Under the pieces are notes generated by a model, which made no database searches, had not been told where the DNA came from, and saw only the letters and a list, made by a program, of their open reading frames with translations. Both the position numbers and the translations under genes were made by a program. From Chlorokybus atmophyticus (lineage: Eukaryota; Plantae; Mesostigma and Chlorokybus algae), in NCBI GenBank assembly GCA_009103225.1, contig RHPI01002533.1, forward strand, positions 1,493,186 through 1,557,185: DNA of 64,000 bases, given 5' to 3'. Shown here in pieces: positions 61,773 to 64,000 of the stretch; position 1 is the stretch's first letter; every line of letters begins with the position of its first letter.

Positions 61773-63165
61773 ACTGTCCTGTCTTGTGAGTCTTATACCT
61801 ACAGCACACACCACCACCACACGAAAGGGCTGCAGGCCATTATTTGGTTAGGTGCCCGTTAATAGCCGTTAATCGCTTAGCCCAGCAGCAGCCCAGCAGC
61901 CCATCAGCCCTGCAGCCACCATGACCAACATGACCAGCAACATCAATGCGCAGCACATCAGCCAGCAAGCAGTACAGCACCATTAGCATCAGTCCCCAAG
62001 CACTGTCATGCGGGCAGGAATTTTGCTCCCCGCATCCTCTCACCTGCAACTTACCTCATCCTCTGCATGCAATCTGCATCCTCCGCATGCGATTGTTGAG
62101 TCCACATGGCGTTGCTACTTCAATCATGTTGTGTCCTTTAAAGTGAGGCCTAGCTAACCAGCAACACATTCATTGAACAAAAGGGCATGTGAATGTTAAA
62201 CATGTGTGCTGCGATAGACTGCAATGTGTTATCATATTAGTGTATTCCACTTACCGTATTGTTACGGCTCACTGAGCTTATCATGATTTTACGGGTTATT
62301 GCCAACAGAAAGCGGTGCACGTAATGCATTTCACTGATCAACTGCTTAGTATCCAATGCAATGTGTAAAATAAGCGTTGTACATTGGCTTAGTCGAGGCT
62401 TTTAACATTTAATGTTACAAGGTGAAAGTTATACATCACACGGTTTCAATGTGAGCCAACGAGAGTGTTAGCGTTGAACGGATGCGCTGGTAAACGCGTG
62501 TAACTATATGAGGCATAGTGGTAAATGCACTAACATGAGCTAAACTATGGTTGTAAGGAGCTCTGAGAGGATGTATTCTCACTTGCGATATAGCCACTTT
62601 GTGAGCTATTAAATTAACAATAGGCACATTGGCTCCGAGGAGCCATCTATCGAAACACGTCATGTTTCGTATTTCTTTCTTTTTTCGTTCGACCAATGAG
62701 ATCAGACCGGTTCACACGGTGAATCGCACCACGCGCTTGTTGCATGCAAGTGCTGAGAAAAGCACCAAAAGTTGCTGGGCATGTTCTTCGCTGGTCCGCT
62801 GGTCCGCTGACAATGTCAGCTTGACGCTTGCGCGGGCGATGTTGCCTACGCCCACATGCACACATTACACAAGTCGGCACATTTGGGCACTCTGCTGCAC
62901 AAACAATTAGCGAGTTCTGGTTAGTCTTTTGCGCACTGTGTATGCGCGGGTGTTGCCTCGCCTTGACACTGTATACACACTCAACTTAGCATTGGCAGCG
63001 TTGAATGCACTGGCTGCAGTAACGTGCTGCTACACAGTGTGTAGCACACACTACGCTTACTGGTTGCAGAAGCTTAGGCCTAGCTGCAGCCTCACGCAAG
63101 CATGGCAACCGCTGCGCTATCGTAGGAAGAGACAGTGAGAGGGCTTAGCGGGCGGACGCTCAGCC

Positions 63166-64000
63166 ATGAGGGTGCTGCTGGCGGCGACTGCGGCCGTCGC
63201 CGTAGCAGCTACAGCAACAGCAGCAGCTGGAGCAGGAGCTGCCGGCAAGGAGGGCGGGGTTGCTGCCGGCGACAGTGCTGTCCTCAGCGACCACCCCATG
63301 CTCGTCGGCACCTTCCTCGCCATCCTTTCAGCTGTAAGCTCCAGAAGCAGTAGTTTTCAGTCGCACACCAGCTTGCAAAGGATGCCATGCATGCCCTGCC
63401 AGCTGTCAACCTGCGCTAACTCTGTCCAACTTGCATGTGCATGGCGAGACAAGCTTCGACTGTGGTTGCTTCCATGAACGCAACGCACCAGTGCAACTGT
63501 AGCCTGGGTAGCATGCAACATGCTAGCTGACTGGTTTGCACATGTGTTAGTGAGCAATAGCATTCTGTACGTTTGCATTGGAAGCGCGTGTTTTGAAGAG
63601 CATGCTGGATGATTGTACATCAACTAGTACAAAGTTAGCTTGCAAATGCAGAAGCAACGCTGCCTGTGTGCATACTGAGGACCATCATTGAATGGCAACA
63701 TGCAGGTGTGCAATGGCACATTTGCTGCATTGTCCAAGTTGGAGCGCGTGCAAGCGGACGGCACAGACCCGTTCATATTCAACGCTTACACGTGCTTGGG
63801 CATTGTTCTAAGGTGCGTTGGGGTTATTCAGCAGCTTAAAGCTGGAAAATGAGCTTGCAGGTTTGGTATTCAGGGTTCATGGCATGCGTGTTGTGTACCC
63901 ACTGCCAGGCTTGCAGCTTGTGTACGATGGCTCTGTTTGTGTAATAATTCACATTTGCGACATAATGTGTACAGCTCCACACTCTTCCTGGCATTCGCAC
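63166..64000 (+). CDS. TMEM144-like / DMT-superfamily transporter, cut by window end
   Basis: ...MLVGTFLAILSA|VCNGTFAALSKLERVQADGTDPFIFNAYTCLGIVL; resembles the first helices of the TMEM144/GRP family. Confidence 0.6.

Overview
Eukaryotic nuclear DNA, not prokaryotic. It is intron-rich (GT-AG with gtaag/gtgag/gtacg donors and tgcag acceptors), roughly half GC by eye, and has one assembly gap (32080-32205). The proteins I recognise are most like land-plant ones (MED18, CUL3, GBA2, FAX/TMEM14, LYAR, derlin) and the tRNA-Gly is plant-type, which points to a green-lineage alga, plausibly an early streptophyte; this is inference. I find 15 protein-coding genes (one cut at each window end), mostly in head-to-head pairs sharing CpG-rich promoters, plus two identical tRNA-Gly(GCC) genes. 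The accessory DNA is dominated by Penelope-like retroelements (PLEs) of the permuted, N-terminal GIY-YIG type (Naiad/Chlamys-like): one near-full-length decayed copy with ~480-bp direct terminal repeats (16195-20629) and several remnants. The most interesting signal is a dispersed repeat family (at least 6 copies, including the PLE terminal repeats). Although the copies are diverged, they keep a ~9-bp long-range closing helix with compensatory changes that brackets a branch point and 3' splice site. I could not find the hammerhead ribozyme core expected for PLE terminal repeats. Other notable items: an intron-containing SMUG1, an OB-fold/CCCH/methyltransferase fusion, a decayed pogo-type transposase and a probable GC-AG intron in MED18. 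Exon boundaries were read by eye and multi-exon CDS coordinates are outer spans.
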